Below, piece after piece: positions 28,218 to 38,576 of a stretch of DNA of 64,000 nucleotides; the first letter of the stretch is position 1, and each line of letters opens with the position of its first letter. The notes beneath the pieces are model-generated. The model was not told the origin of the DNA, made no database searches, and saw only the letters and a program-made list of their open reading frames with translations. The translations under genes were made by a program, and so were the position numbers. Source of the stretch: Pseudobdellovibrionaceae bacterium (GTDB lineage: Bacteria; Bdellovibrionota; Bdellovibrionia; Bdellovibrionales; Bdellovibrionaceae); the NCBI GenBank assembly GCA_044359815.1, contig JBIKLL010000002.1, forward strand, positions 64,001-128,000. Direction: 5' to 3'.

Positions 28218-29644
28218 AGTTATTTCTGTTGCTAGTAATGACTTTGACTGCGGCCGAACCAGCGAAAGACGCTTCTGTTAAATCAAAAGCAACTATGTCA
28301 TTGAGCCAGAAAAAAGTTGCCGAGATGGTTATTGCCCAAGGCCCAAGGGCTAAAGAGATAGAAAACAAATATCAGCAAAGCAGATTACCATATATTGAAT
28401 CATTGGCTACCTGGGATTGGACCTTGAAAGCTGATTCGGGTTTTGAAAAAGACAATACAGAAACTTTAGCCAGTCCCGCCCTGAATTATCAAAGGTACAA
28501 ATCAAATCTGAGTCTGGGTAAAAGTTTTTTTACTGGCACTAATGCGCAATTAATTTTTTCAAGAACTTCGCAAAAATCCGATCAATTAACGACTAACCCA
28601 CAGCTGACAGCTGATTTGATGACTTTGGAAATCACTCAAAAACTTTGGAATAACGGCTTTGGATATGGTGATCGTGCAAGGGTTGAAAGTGCCGAAATGA
28701 ATTTCAAGGCTCAACAGATATTGAGGGCAAATGAATTGCAGGATTTAGTATTGGAAGCTGTAAAGTTGTTTTGGAAAACCTATGTTTCACAGGAACAAAT
28801 GCGTCAGGCACTGGGTGCTCGGGACAGATATGAAAAACTGGTCACAGCGGTCAAAAGAAAAAGTGGCCTGGGTTACACCAGCCCCGGCGAATTATTTCAA
28901 GTTCAGGCTGAGTTGCAAATTCGCATCCAGAAAGTCAAAGCAACTTCACAAGATTATTTAAAAAATCTTGATCAATTAAATACTTTGTTGGGTTTACCCA
29001 CATCCACTGAAATCGATTTCGAAATACCCAAAGAAATTCCTGCCATTCCTAAACTGAAGGATGTCGCCATTGATGAGCTCAGATCAATAAAGTCTCAGAA
29101 ACTAAAACTTGAGGCTTCAAAAGCTGACTTAAGTTTAGCCGAGAGCCAATCAAGACCTAGTATAGATTTAGTCGTTAAATCCAGCAGCACTGGAGTTGAC
29201 GAAAGCTCAACGGCTTCTTATGCCGAAATGACGGATGCTCAAAAAAACAAACTTTATACTGGCGTGGCCTTTGAGTACAAATTTGGATCTGGGCTAAATT
29301 CTGAAAAACCTTTTGCAAAAAAAGCAGCTGTCAGCCTGGAGGAATCCAAATTGAATCGTTTTAAACAAGAGGCCATTGATAGTTTGCTCAATATTGAACG
29401 TAAAGTTTCTGCTCAGTATGCTGAGGCTTTGTCGTTTCAGGAACAAAAATCCCTCAGGCAAAAAGCTTATCAAGAGCTGAATAGATCATACAATCAGGGT
29501 CGAACGGATATTTCACGATTGATTGAATCAATGAATGCTTTGTTTGATTCCGAGGTCTCGGCAGTGACTTCATTGGGGAACTACGAAATTTCATTGAATG
29601 AATGGGCAGCTGCCAGAGATGAGTTGATTCCGAATATTAATTAG
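28211..29644 (+). CDS. TolC family outer-membrane efflux protein
   Basis: Two repeats of helix-strand-strand-helix architecture, e.g. ITQKLWNNGFG, SRPSIDL and YNQGRTDISRLIE. Confidence 0.82.
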   Translation: MVKLFLLLVMTLTAAEPAKDASVKSKATMSLSQKKVAEMVIAQGPRAKEIENKYQQSRLPYIESLATWDWTLKADSGFEKDNTETLASPALNYQRYKSNLSLGKSFFTGTNAQLIFSRTSQKSDQLTTNPQLTADLMTLEITQKLWNNGFGYGDRARVESAEMNFKAQQILRANELQDLVLEAVKLFWKTYVSQEQMRQALGARDRYEKLVTAVKRKSGLGYTSPGELFQVQAELQIRIQKVKATSQDYLKNLDQLNTLLGLPTSTEIDFEIPKEIPAIPKLKDVAIDELRSIKSQKLKLEASKADLSLAESQSRPSIDLVVKSSSTGVDESSTASYAEMTDAQKNKLYTGVAFEYKFGSGLNSEKPFAKKAAVSLEESKLNRFKQEAIDSLLNIERKVSAQYAEALSFQEQKSLRQKAYQELNRSYNQGRTDISRLIESMNALFDSEVSAVTSLGNYEISLNEWAAARDELIPNIN

Positions 29645-29671
29645 TTCTAGGGGATTGTGCGAGGGGAAAAA

Positions 29672-30634
29672 ATGAAAACAGTCAGCGTAATACTGAGTTT
29701 GTTACTGATAGCCAGTTGTGCATTTAAGGACAATGAGGGTAAAGATGAAGCCAACAGAGAAGACCTGGAAAGGCTTCAAGATTCCAGGGCAAAGCTTGAG
29801 CCCATCAAGGGCACTTGGATTGGTACATTGTCTCGTTCTGGCAAAAGAATTTCAGTCTCTTTGCGGATTGAAGAGTATTTATCCCAAGACCGACGAAATG
29901 ACAGCGGTAATATCGTTTTTAATGCTGACCCCAGTGCCACATTTTATTCAACCAAGGACGCCAGCTACGCACCTGAAACCTTGCTAGGACAATACAGTCC
30001 TGAAAACGGCGAATTGATTTTTATTAAAGCACCTACAACAAATCCCAATGCTGACGATATTGAATCGATGAACTTAGTTTTTGATGGAACTAAGCTTTCT
30101 GGAAACTTGAAAGCCCGGGGATATGTGGTTGGGACTTTGGAATTTTCAAACAGAATCACCACCAATGATTCAGCTGAAGATTTATTTGATGAATACAACA
30201 GATTACTCAAGCTTCAGTACAAGCCTTTGTTAGGATCATTCAGAGGACTGATCAAAGAAACAAACAATCCCCGAGCTAAACAGTATTTTGTATGTGTTGA
30301 GCTTTACACTTATGAAGTTCCAACATCTAACGGCAAGACCCAAGCTGCGTTAGGAGCTTCCTATGTTCGCGAAGACGACAGAAATGGTGGATTTTTTAAA
30401 ATATTAAAAGCTAACTATAATATCAGAACTGTTATTCCACAATTGAGCATGACTTCGCAGTTTCAAGATCAACCAAGGCCTAACCAGTACCAGGTTGAAA
30501 TGAATCTAGTTCCAACCTTTAGATCTGAAAATAAAATTCAATCTTTGGAAGGCACACATATTAATAAATTGTATGGGATTGTTTCAAAAATAAAACTGGA
30601 GCCCTTTAATCGACCTTGCCCACGCCCGAACTAA
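29672..30634 (+). CDS. Hypothetical lipoprotein
   Basis: MKTVSVILSLLLIASC lipobox. Confidence 0.75.
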   Translation: MKTVSVILSLLLIASCAFKDNEGKDEANREDLERLQDSRAKLEPIKGTWIGTLSRSGKRISVSLRIEEYLSQDRRNDSGNIVFNADPSATFYSTKDASYAPETLLGQYSPENGELIFIKAPTTNPNADDIESMNLVFDGTKLSGNLKARGYVVGTLEFSNRITTNDSAEDLFDEYNRLLKLQYKPLLGSFRGLIKETNNPRAKQYFVCVELYTYEVPTSNGKTQAALGASYVREDDRNGGFFKILKANYNIRTVIPQLSMTSQFQDQPRPNQYQVEMNLVPTFRSENKIQSLEGTHINKLYGIVSKIKLEPFNRPCPRPN

Positions 30635-30643
30635 AATTAGGGT

Positions 30644-30853
30644 GACGGAATTTAATTAATTAATAGAAGAGTTATTTTTCCTGCATATTATTTTTAAAAA
30701 TTCACATATTTATTTTTATTAAAAAGGGTTCTCCGCGGAGCCAGGATGGCGGGGGCAAAGCCCGAGCGGATGAAGCACGAGCTGTAACCCTTTTTAATAA
30801 AAATAAATATGTGAATTTTTAAAAAATAATTATTCTATTAATTAAATTCCGTC
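30644..30853. repeat. Foldback element: 40-bp perfect inverted arms, 17-bp outer inverted arms and a 55-bp GC-rich core
   Basis: 30691-30730 is the exact reverse complement of 30786-30825; 30644-30660 is the exact reverse complement of 30837-30853. Confidence 0.92.
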
Positions 30854-31633
30854 GCCTTGGACAGCTTCGCGCTTGAAGATCGCAGAGGACAGTCTTTCGC
30901 GATTCATTTTTGCTATGTTGGCCAGTGAAATCCCCTTGGGGCAGGCCGCTGAGCAAGATCCGGTCGAAGTGCATGCACCAAAGCCCTCTTGGTCCATGGT
31001 GGCAACCATGTTTTCTACTCTTTCAAATCTTTCAACCTGACCTTGAGGAAGCAAAGCCAGATGGGAAACCTTGGCTGATACAAACAACATTGCAGAAGCA
31101 TTTTTGCAACTGGCCACACAGGCTCCGCATCCAATGCATTCTGCCGCTGAAAACGCTGCATCGGCATCGGGTTTTGGTATGGGCAAGCTATTGGCATCTT
31201 TTGCATTACCTGTATCAACAGAAATAAATCCGCCCGAAGTAATGATTCTGTCAAAAGCTGATCGGTCTACCATCAGATCTTTGATTACTGGAAAGGACTG
31301 AGCCCTCCAAGGTTCCAAGGTCAGGGTTTCACCGTCTTTAAAAACTCTCATATGCAGCTGACAGACAGTGGTGTGTTTTTGTGGGCCATGAGCGTTTCCA
31401 TTGATCATAAATCCGCAACTTCCGCATATTCCTTCGCGGCAATCATGATCAAAAGCAATCGGTTCTTCACCCTTTAAAACCAAGCCTTCGTTGACCTGAT
31501 CAAGCATTTCTAAAAAACTGGAGTCTTCTGAAACCCCCTTAGCATCATAATTAACAAACTTGCCTTCTGATTTGCCGGTTTGTCGCCAAACTTTCAAAAC
31601 TAGATTTAATAATTTTCCGCCAGTTCCACCCAT
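30842..31633 (-). CDS. sdhB: Succinate dehydrogenase/fumarate reductase Fe-S subunit
   Basis: [21 protein letters not shown] and [13 protein letters not shown] motifs. Confidence 0.95.
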   Translation of the reverse strand: MGGTGGKLLNLVLKVWRQTGKSEGKFVNYDAKGVSEDSSFLEMLDQVNEGLVLKGEEPIAFDHDCREGICGSCGFMINGNAHGPQKHTTVCQLHMRVFKDGETLTLEPWRAQSFPVIKDLMVDRSAFDRIITSGGFISVDTGNAKDANSLPIPKPDADAAFSAAECIGCGACVASCKNASAMLFVSAKVSHLALLPQGQVERFERVENMVATMDQEGFGACTSTGSCSAACPKGISLANIAKMNRERLSSAIFKREAVQGDGI

Positions 31634-31641
31634 TCAATTCC

Positions 31642-33558
31642 TCACTTATAGCTTCTGGTAGCCAGTTTAACATTTTCAAATTTTAATTCTTCTTTGTGCA
31701 GTTTCGCCTTTTGATTTCCTTGATTCTCCCAGGCGGCAACATAACAGAAATTTTGGTCATCACGCTTAGCTTCATTATCTGGTGTTTGGTATTCTTCCCT
31801 AAAATGTCCACCGCAAGATTCTTTACGCTCAAGAGCATCCAAACACATCAGCTCACCCAATTCTAAAAAGTCCGCAACACGACCCGCTTTCTCAAGCTCA
31901 GGATTGACACCCTTTGCAGTGCCTGGAATTTTAATATCATTCCAGAATTGCTCTTTCAGTTTCGGAATGATTTCCAGCGCTTTTTTCAACCCAACTTCGC
32001 TTCTGGACATCCCACAGTATTCCCACATGATGTGTCCTAATTTTTTATGAATGCTGTCGACTGTTTGTGATCCCTTAATTGACATCATTTTATCAATTTC
32101 TTTTTGAGCGGTATCTTGGCCGGCTTTAAAGGCATCGCTGTCTTTTGAAACTTTATCCAGTTGTGCGTTGGCCAAGTAATTTCCAATCGTGTAGGGCAGT
32201 ACAAAATAACCGTCTGCCAATCCTTGCATTAATGCCGAAGCACCCAATCTGTTGGCACCATGATCAGAAAAATTAGCTTCGCCGGCTACAAACAATCCCG
32301 GAATTGTGCTCATCAAATTATAATCGACCCACAAACCACCCATAGTGTAATGCGGAGCTGGGAAAATTCTCATCGGCATTTTGTAGGGATTTTCACCTGT
32401 GATTTTGTCGTACATTTCAAATAAATTTCCATATTTTTCAGACACGGCTTTTTCTCCCTGTCTGCCAATGGCATCCTTGAAATCCAGATAAACTGCGACA
32501 CCCGTGCCACCCACACCATGTCCTTCGTCAACTCTGAATTTGGCCTGCCTGGATGCCACGTCTCGCGGGGCTAAATTTCCAAAACTGGGATAAATTCTTT
32601 CTAAAAAATAATCTCTTTCGTCTTCTGGGATTTCGTGCGGAGGTCTTTTGTCGCCCTTTTTCTTGGGAACCCAAACCCTACCGTCATTTCGCAAAGACTC
32701 AGACATCAAAGTCAGCTTTGACTGAATTTCCCCTGCCACTGGGATACATGTTGGATGAATTTGTGTGAAACAAGGATTTGCAAAAAAAGCTCCTTTTTTA
32801 TGAGCCTTCCAAGCCGCCGTCACAGCGCAAGCCATGGCATTAGTCGACAGGAAAAACACATTCGAATAACCGCCTGTAGCCAGCACAACACAATCTGCTT
32901 CATGTCTTTCAAGCTCACCCGTCAGTAAATTTCTGGTGATAATTCCACGAGCCTTGCCATTAACCATGATCAATTCTAGCATTTCACGTCTGTAATACAG
33001 ATCTACCTGTTTTTTATTTACCTGTCTCATCATTGCCGAATAGGCTCCCAGCAATAATTGTTGTCCTGTTTGCCCTCTGGCATAAAAAGTTCTGGACACC
33101 TGAGCCCCGCCAAAAGATCTATTAGATAACAAACCACCGTATTCGCGGGCTAGTGGCACGCCCTGGGCCACACACTGATCAATAATTTGTGTTGAAACTT
33201 GAGCCAGTCTGTAAACATTAGCTTCACGCGCTCTAAAGTCGCCGCCTTTGACAGTGTCGTAAAACAATCTGTAAACACTGTCGCCATCGTTTTTATAATT
33301 TTTTGCAGCGTTGATTCCACCTTGGGCGGCAACCGAATGTGCGCGACGAGGACTTTCGTGCACACAAAAAGCTTTGACCTTATAACCGAGCTCGCCCAAC
33401 GAAGCCGCAGCACTGCCGCCCGCCAAACCAGTTCCCACAACAATCACTGTGAATTTTCTTTTATTGGCAGGGCTCACCAGTTTCATGTGAAACTTGTGAT
33501 CTTCCCATTTGTCCTCAATTGCTCCTTCAGGAATTTTTGAATCTAAAATTGATGACAT
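31642..33558 (-). CDS. sdhA: Succinate dehydrogenase/fumarate reductase flavoprotein subunit
   Basis: [16 protein letters not shown] (covalent FAD His), QIHPT, HYTMGG and HGANRLG motifs. Confidence 0.96.
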   Translation of the reverse strand: MSSILDSKIPEGAIEDKWEDHKFHMKLVSPANKRKFTVIVVGTGLAGGSAAASLGELGYKVKAFCVHESPRRAHSVAAQGGINAAKNYKNDGDSVYRLFYDTVKGGDFRAREANVYRLAQVSTQIIDQCVAQGVPLAREYGGLLSNRSFGGAQVSRTFYARGQTGQQLLLGAYSAMMRQVNKKQVDLYYRREMLELIMVNGKARGIITRNLLTGELERHEADCVVLATGGYSNVFFLSTNAMACAVTAAWKAHKKGAFFANPCFTQIHPTCIPVAGEIQSKLTLMSESLRNDGRVWVPKKKGDKRPPHEIPEDERDYFLERIYPSFGNLAPRDVASRQAKFRVDEGHGVGGTGVAVYLDFKDAIGRQGEKAVSEKYGNLFEMYDKITGENPYKMPMRIFPAPHYTMGGLWVDYNLMSTIPGLFVAGEANFSDHGANRLGASALMQGLADGYFVLPYTIGNYLANAQLDKVSKDSDAFKAGQDTAQKEIDKMMSIKGSQTVDSIHKKLGHIMWEYCGMSRSEVGLKKALEIIPKLKEQFWNDIKIPGTAKGVNPELEKAGRVADFLELGELMCLDALERKESCGGHFREEYQTPDNEAKRDDQNFCYVAAWENQGNQKAKLHKEELKFENVKLATRSYK

Positions 33559-34239
33559 CTATGACCCCACAATAAAATAAACGTAAATAGGTTGAATGAT
33601 AAATCCTCCGGCCACGACAATTCCATAAATCAGTCCGATCTTTTTAAAAAGACCTGCGTATTTGTCCTCGCGAAAACCAAAAGATTGAAATATTGAATTC
33701 ACTCCATGCTTTAAGTGAAAACCTAAAACCAAAAGTGCCACCACATAAAAAATCAAAAACCCAGGTTGCTTAAAACATTCAACGACGAGTCTGTGCAGAT
33801 CCCTCATAACCACACCATTGACCGTGGTTTCGTAATAGGTTCCGTATTTAAAGGTAGCTAGGTGTGAAATTATAAAAAACAAAATCAAACTGCCCTGCAC
33901 GGCCATTGTTTGACTGGCAAACGACACGGCTTTACCACCGCTGGCCTTTGCTGCGTATCGCTGGGCACCCCGAGCTTTTCGATTTTCCATCGTTAATCTG
34001 ACAGCAAGGGTGACATGTACAATTAAGCTTAAGACCAAAATGACTTCTACGGGATACAACAAGGGCCCCGTGACTATTGCATGACCGTACTTGTTAAAAG
34101 CATCAGCCCCAACCAGGATTAATAAATTACCAGCCATGTGAACAAAAACAAATCCAGCCCACACCAATCCTGTAATTCCCATTATATATTTTTTGCCGAC
34201 AGAAGACGTCGCGAAACTTTTCAATGCATTCGTACTCAA
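33559..34239 (-). CDS. sdhC: Succinate dehydrogenase cytochrome b subunit (b558 type)
   Basis: Five TM helices with heme-ligand His (HMAGNL, VHV, SHL, HLKHG); first gene of the operon. Confidence 0.9.
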   Translation of the reverse strand: MSTNALKSFATSSVGKKYIMGITGLVWAGFVFVHMAGNLLILVGADAFNKYGHAIVTGPLLYPVEVILVLSLIVHVTLAVRLTMENRKARGAQRYAAKASGGKAVSFASQTMAVQGSLILFFIISHLATFKYGTYYETTVNGVVMRDLHRLVVECFKQPGFLIFYVVALLVLGFHLKHGVNSIFQSFGFREDKYAGLFKKIGLIYGIVVAGGFIIQPIYVYFIVGS

Positions 34240-34361
34240 GTTGTCACCACCTGTTGATATACTATTTGTATGGTGCAGATAAAATTTTGTCTAGCTGAAG
34301 CAATGAGTTAACTATACACTCTGATGCAATATCGATTAATAGCTTTCATTCGAGGTAGAAA

Positions 34362-35135
34362 ATGAAAATTTTTGTTTTAATCAAACAGGTGCCCGACACT
34401 GAAACCAAGATCAAAATCAGCGCCGATGGGACAGCCATCGATCAAGCTGGTGTAAAATGGGTCATGAATCCCTATGATGAATTTGCCGTGGAAGAAGCCG
34501 TTAAAACCCGCGACCAGATGGCAGGATCCCAGGTTTGGGTCATGACATGTGGGCCAACCAAAAGAACCGTCGAAAGCTTGCGAACAGCCCTGGCCATGGG
34601 TGCTGATGAAGCCATCAGTATTGATGTCCCGGAAAATTTTGATAATTTGCAAACCGCGGCTGTTTTAGCCGAAGCCATCAAAAAAGAAGGCGGTGCAAAA
34701 ATTATTTTTTCAGGAAAGCTAGCAATCGATGACAATCAAGGGGCCGTTCCACAAATGGTTGCAACTATTTTAGGCATTCCATCCCTTTCAGTTGTATCTA
34801 AATTAAGCATTCAGGGGGAAAAGGTCACAGCAGAGCGAGATATTGAAGGCGGATCAAAAGAAATTTTTGAAATCAAACTGCCTGCTATGATTTCTGCCAA
34901 TAAGGGACTTAATACGCCCAGGTACGCAAGCCTTCCAGGTATTATGAAAGCCAAAAAGAAAGTCATCAAAGAGCTCAATCTGGCAGGACTTGCAATTAAT
35001 CCAGAAGCTAAAACAAAGGTTTTAAAAATCGAACTGCCTGCCGAAAAGCCAGCCGTAAAATTGTTATCAGGTGACTCTGTGGCGCAGGCCACTGCCTTGG
35101 TAAAAGCCCTCAGAGATGAAGCAAAAGTCTTATAA
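34362..35135 (+). CDS. etfB: Electron transfer flavoprotein beta subunit
   Basis: KQVPDT, MNPYDEFAVEEA, ALAMGAD and PRYASL motifs. Confidence 0.95.
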   Translation: MKIFVLIKQVPDTETKIKISADGTAIDQAGVKWVMNPYDEFAVEEAVKTRDQMAGSQVWVMTCGPTKRTVESLRTALAMGADEAISIDVPENFDNLQTAAVLAEAIKKEGGAKIIFSGKLAIDDNQGAVPQMVATILGIPSLSVVSKLSIQGEKVTAERDIEGGSKEIFEIKLPAMISANKGLNTPRYASLPGIMKAKKKVIKELNLAGLAINPEAKTKVLKIELPAEKPAVKLLSGDSVAQATALVKALRDEAKVL

Positions 35136-35150
35136 TTTTTAAGGAGACCC

Positions 35151-36113
35151 ATGGGAAAAATCTTAGTTTATATAGAAAGCAGCAATGGAAAACTGAAACG
35201 CTCATCACAGGAGCTTTTGTCGTTTGCTAAATCTACAGGATCTACTGTTGAAGCAGTCGCTCTGGGAACTTCGGCAAAAGCGTTGGCTACAGAAGCCGGT
35301 GGATTCGGCGCCACTGCATTGCACGTTTATGGCGATGCCACCTTAGACAAATACAATCCCGAAATCTTTACAGCCTTATTTGCTGCCCTGATTGGCGAAT
35401 CAAAACCTCAGCTTTTTTTAGCATCATCAAATGCTTTAGGCAGGGATTTATTTGCCAGAGTTTCAGCTAAACTGGGATTTGGCTTACTGACAGATTGCAC
35501 AGAGGTTTCATTAAACGGAAGTTCTGTGAAGGTTAAAAAGCCTTTGTATTCTGGCAAATGCGTTTCTCAACAAGAAATATCTGGATCAACAGCACTGGTT
35601 TTAATGCGCGCAAATCAAATGCCGGTTGCTACAGCTTCTGGATCAGCCGCTACGGTAAATGAAAAATCTTTTGTAGGGCCTGATGTCTCGGCAATTTTAA
35701 AAGAAGTGGTAAAAGGGTCTTCCAGCAAACTAGATCTAACCGAGGCAAATATTATTGTTTCAGGTGGAAGAGGCCTCAAAGAAGCCGCAAATTTTAGTCT
35801 GTTAAATGATTTGGCTGATGTTTTGGGCGCAACTGTAGGTGCATCAAGAGCCGTTGTTGATGCTGGTTGGGTTTCTCATTCAATGCAAGTCGGTCAAACT
35901 GGAAAAACAGTGGCTCCGTCGCTGTATATTGCAGTGGGAATTTCTGGAGCCATTCAACATTTGGCTGGGATGAGCAGTAGCCGAGTGATTGTTGCAATCA
36001 ACAATGATGCTAATGCCCCCATTTTTCAGAAAGCCACTTACGGTATAGTGGGAGATTTATTTGATGTTGTTCCTAAATTAACCGCAGAATTTAAAAGGGC
36101 CTTAGCGGGTTAA
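35151..36113 (+). CDS. etfA: Electron transfer flavoprotein alpha subunit
   Basis: IVSGGRG, GASRAVVDAGW, QVGQTGK and GISGAIQHLAGM motifs. Confidence 0.96.
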   Translation: MGKILVYIESSNGKLKRSSQELLSFAKSTGSTVEAVALGTSAKALATEAGGFGATALHVYGDATLDKYNPEIFTALFAALIGESKPQLFLASSNALGRDLFARVSAKLGFGLLTDCTEVSLNGSSVKVKKPLYSGKCVSQQEISGSTALVLMRANQMPVATASGSAATVNEKSFVGPDVSAILKEVVKGSSSKLDLTEANIIVSGGRGLKEAANFSLLNDLADVLGATVGASRAVVDAGWVSHSMQVGQTGKTVAPSLYIAVGISGAIQHLAGMSSSRVIVAINNDANAPIFQKATYGIVGDLFDVVPKLTAEFKRALAG

Positions 36114-36117
36114 TTTA

Positions 36118-36774
36118 TTGGAGCGTTTTCTTAAAAAATATATCCTGAGCTATGTGATTTGGTTTTTATATGAGCTCCTATGGCGCACATGGCGAATCAC
36201 CTACGATGAACCAACGGACTTTAAGAATCTTATAAAAAATAAATCGCCAATTATTTTGTCTCACTGGCATGGGGATGAGTTAGTTTTGATTTCCACTGTC
36301 AGAAGGTACAATGTTGCCACCATGTCATCAAAAAGCGATGACGGCGAAATGATGAGCATAGTTATAAACTTATTGGGTGGAAAAACTTCCCGGGGCTCTA
36401 GTTCCAAAGGAGCTGTGGCAGGCTTGAAAGGATTAATCAAAATTGTCAAAGACGGTCATAGTATTAGCTTTGCTGTGGATGGCCCCAAGGGACCTTTGCA
36501 CATAGTTAAACCAGGTGTTTTTGAATTTAGCCGGCTGGTCAGTGCACCTATTTACGCAGCAGGAGTCCATGCCGGCACAAGCTGGAAATTCCCTAAAGCC
36601 TGGAACAAAACATTCCTGCCAAAACCCTTTGCGAGAATCACCATCGTTTGGCGGAAAGTTTTTGATCCTATTTCGCGGGATTTGGATCCACGTGACCAAG
36701 CTTTAGCTGATAAACTTGCGGATGCACTGCGAAACGCGCAAGGGCAAGCTCTCCAAAAAAATTGCGACGCATGA
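36118..36774 (+). CDS. DUF374/lysophospholipid acyltransferase family protein
   Basis: WHG, S.S.DGE, RGSS.KG, DGPKGP and LPKPF motifs. Confidence 0.82.
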   Translation: MERFLKKYILSYVIWFLYELLWRTWRITYDEPTDFKNLIKNKSPIILSHWHGDELVLISTVRRYNVATMSSKSDDGEMMSIVINLLGGKTSRGSSSKGAVAGLKGLIKIVKDGHSISFAVDGPKGPLHIVKPGVFEFSRLVSAPIYAAGVHAGTSWKFPKAWNKTFLPKPFARITIVWRKVFDPISRDLDPRDQALADKLADALRNAQGQALQKNCDA

Positions 36775-36806
36775 GTTGCTTTGTTAGCCTTTAAATAGAG
36801 GTAACT

Positions 36807-37643
36807 ATGCAAAAATATTTATTCATCTTAATTTTAACATCCTGCTTTGTTTTCAGTTTGGGATTTGCTCCTGATGTGAGCGCCCAGGCAAAAGACGCCG
36901 TTGTTGCCAGCGTCAATGGCAAAAAAATCACCGTGGATGAATTTAACAAAAAATTTAATGCCGTTAAATCACAGACCATTAATCCACCCACAAAACAGCA
37001 GTTTCTAGAAGATTTAGTCCGGTATGAAGTTGGTTTACAGGAAGCCCAGAAGAAAAAACTAAACCAAGACCCCACTGTTCAGGATCGTATGCAGCAAGAG
37101 CTGTACAAATCACTGTTGGAAAAAGAGCTAGCTGATAAAGTTCAAAAAATTTCAGTTACCGAAAAAGAATTACAGGATTTTTACAAGAAAAATCCCGAGA
37201 TTCGAAGCTCACATATTTTGATTGAGCTTAAGCAAGGAGCCACACCAGAACAACGCGCTGAAGCTAAAAAACGTGCCGAGGAAATCTTGTCTGAAGTTAA
37301 ATCCAGCAAGAGACCTTTTGAAGAATTGGTTAAGTTGTATTCTGATGATACTTTGAGTAAAACTTATGGTGGTGATATTGGGTTTCAAACACGGCTGACA
37401 CTAGTTCCTAATTATTACGACACTATTTTGGGAATGAAGGTTAATGATGTTAAGGGATTAATTGAAACTTTGTATGGGTTTCACATAGTTAAAGTAACCG
37501 GAAGAAGAAATTTTGAAAACGCTGACAGAAAACAAATTCGAATGTCACTGTTTAATGAAAAACGAAAAGACGTTTTTAACGAATATTTTGATAAACTTAA
37601 AAAATCTTATCAAATCGAAACCAATCAAAAACTTTTGCAGTAG
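36807..37643 (+). CDS. Parvulin-type peptidylprolyl isomerase
   Basis: Signal peptide, SSHILI, FEELVKLYSDD, GGDIG and YGFHIVKV. Confidence 0.9.
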   Translation: MQKYLFILILTSCFVFSLGFAPDVSAQAKDAVVASVNGKKITVDEFNKKFNAVKSQTINPPTKQQFLEDLVRYEVGLQEAQKKKLNQDPTVQDRMQQELYKSLLEKELADKVQKISVTEKELQDFYKKNPEIRSSHILIELKQGATPEQRAEAKKRAEEILSEVKSSKRPFEELVKLYSDDTLSKTYGGDIGFQTRLTLVPNYYDTILGMKVNDVKGLIETLYGFHIVKVTGRRNFENADRKQIRMSLFNEKRKDVFNEYFDKLKKSYQIETNQKLLQ

Positions 37644-38574
37644 TTTCGTAATTGCATTGGTAATTGCTGGCTGCACAGACTCAGCCAGCATGATTTCCAG
37701 AAAACCTGTCGTAAAAGTCAACGAGAGCACCCTAACGGTTAAAGACTTTTCAGACCGCTTGGTTTTTGAGTTGAAGGACTTCGATGCCTTGTCCGCCAAA
37801 GATCCTGCCATCCTTAGAAGGGTCAAAGAAAAAATTATCCGTGATTTTGTTATGCGTTCACTAATTAATGATTTTGCAAAACAAAACTCAATTACCGTTT
37901 CGGATGCTGAACTCGAAAATGAAACTAATTCTATCAGATCCAGCTACCCTGATGATTTATCTTTTCGTGAGGTTCTGGCTGAAAACAATATGTCATTTTC
38001 TGATTGGCAAAAAAGCATGAAGGAAGCGCTTATTGAACGAAAGGTTTTTAAAAAAATTAATGAAAAGTCTGCTCCGGTTACCGACGATGATATGCGAAAA
38101 TACTATGCTACCAACAAAGACTTCTTTAAACGGGGAGAATCCATTGATCTGAGGCAAATTGTTGTCGATGACCTGAATAAAGCCGAAGTTATCAAAACGG
38201 AACTCCGAAAAAATTCATTTGAAAAACTGGCAAAGGAATATTCTGTAGCTCCCGAGGCCAGAACTGGGGGCAAAGTCGGCACTTTTGAAAAAGGCACTGT
38301 GGATATTTTTGACAAAGCTTTCACCTTGCCTGTCGGCGGAGTCAGCCAAGTCTTGGAATCCAGTTATGGCTTTCATATTTTCAAAGTAGACAAAAAAAAT
38401 CCTGCAGGATTTTCAGCCTTTGAGAACAATAAGAAATTAATCAAAAACATGGTTGAGGCTCAGAAAGAACAAGCTGAGTTTGTAAATTGGCTGGACAGAC
38501 AAATCAGATCCAGTAGGGTGCTCAGAGATAGGGCCCTGGTCGATGCAATCAGTATAGAAACCAGAATGAGGTAG
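37588..38574 (+). CDS. Parvulin-type peptidylprolyl isomerase (lipoprotein)
   Basis: LVIAGC lipobox, FEKLAKEYS, GGKVG and YGFHIFKV. Start codon uncertain. Confidence 0.85.
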   Translation: MINLKNLIKSKPIKNFCSSFVIALVIAGCTDSASMISRKPVVKVNESTLTVKDFSDRLVFELKDFDALSAKDPAILRRVKEKIIRDFVMRSLINDFAKQNSITVSDAELENETNSIRSSYPDDLSFREVLAENNMSFSDWQKSMKEALIERKVFKKINEKSAPVTDDDMRKYYATNKDFFKRGESIDLRQIVVDDLNKAEVIKTELRKNSFEKLAKEYSVAPEARTGGKVGTFEKGTVDIFDKAFTLPVGGVSQVLESSYGFHIFKVDKKNPAGFSAFENNKKLIKNMVEAQKEQAEFVNWLDRQIRSSRVLRDRALVDAISIETRMR

Positions 38575-38576
38575 TT

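Noticed and set aside
30644..30853. Retron msr-msd, CRISPR or autonomous IS interpretation of the foldback element
   Set aside because: No reverse transcriptase, cas or transposase gene in the window, and no repeat-spacer periodicity.
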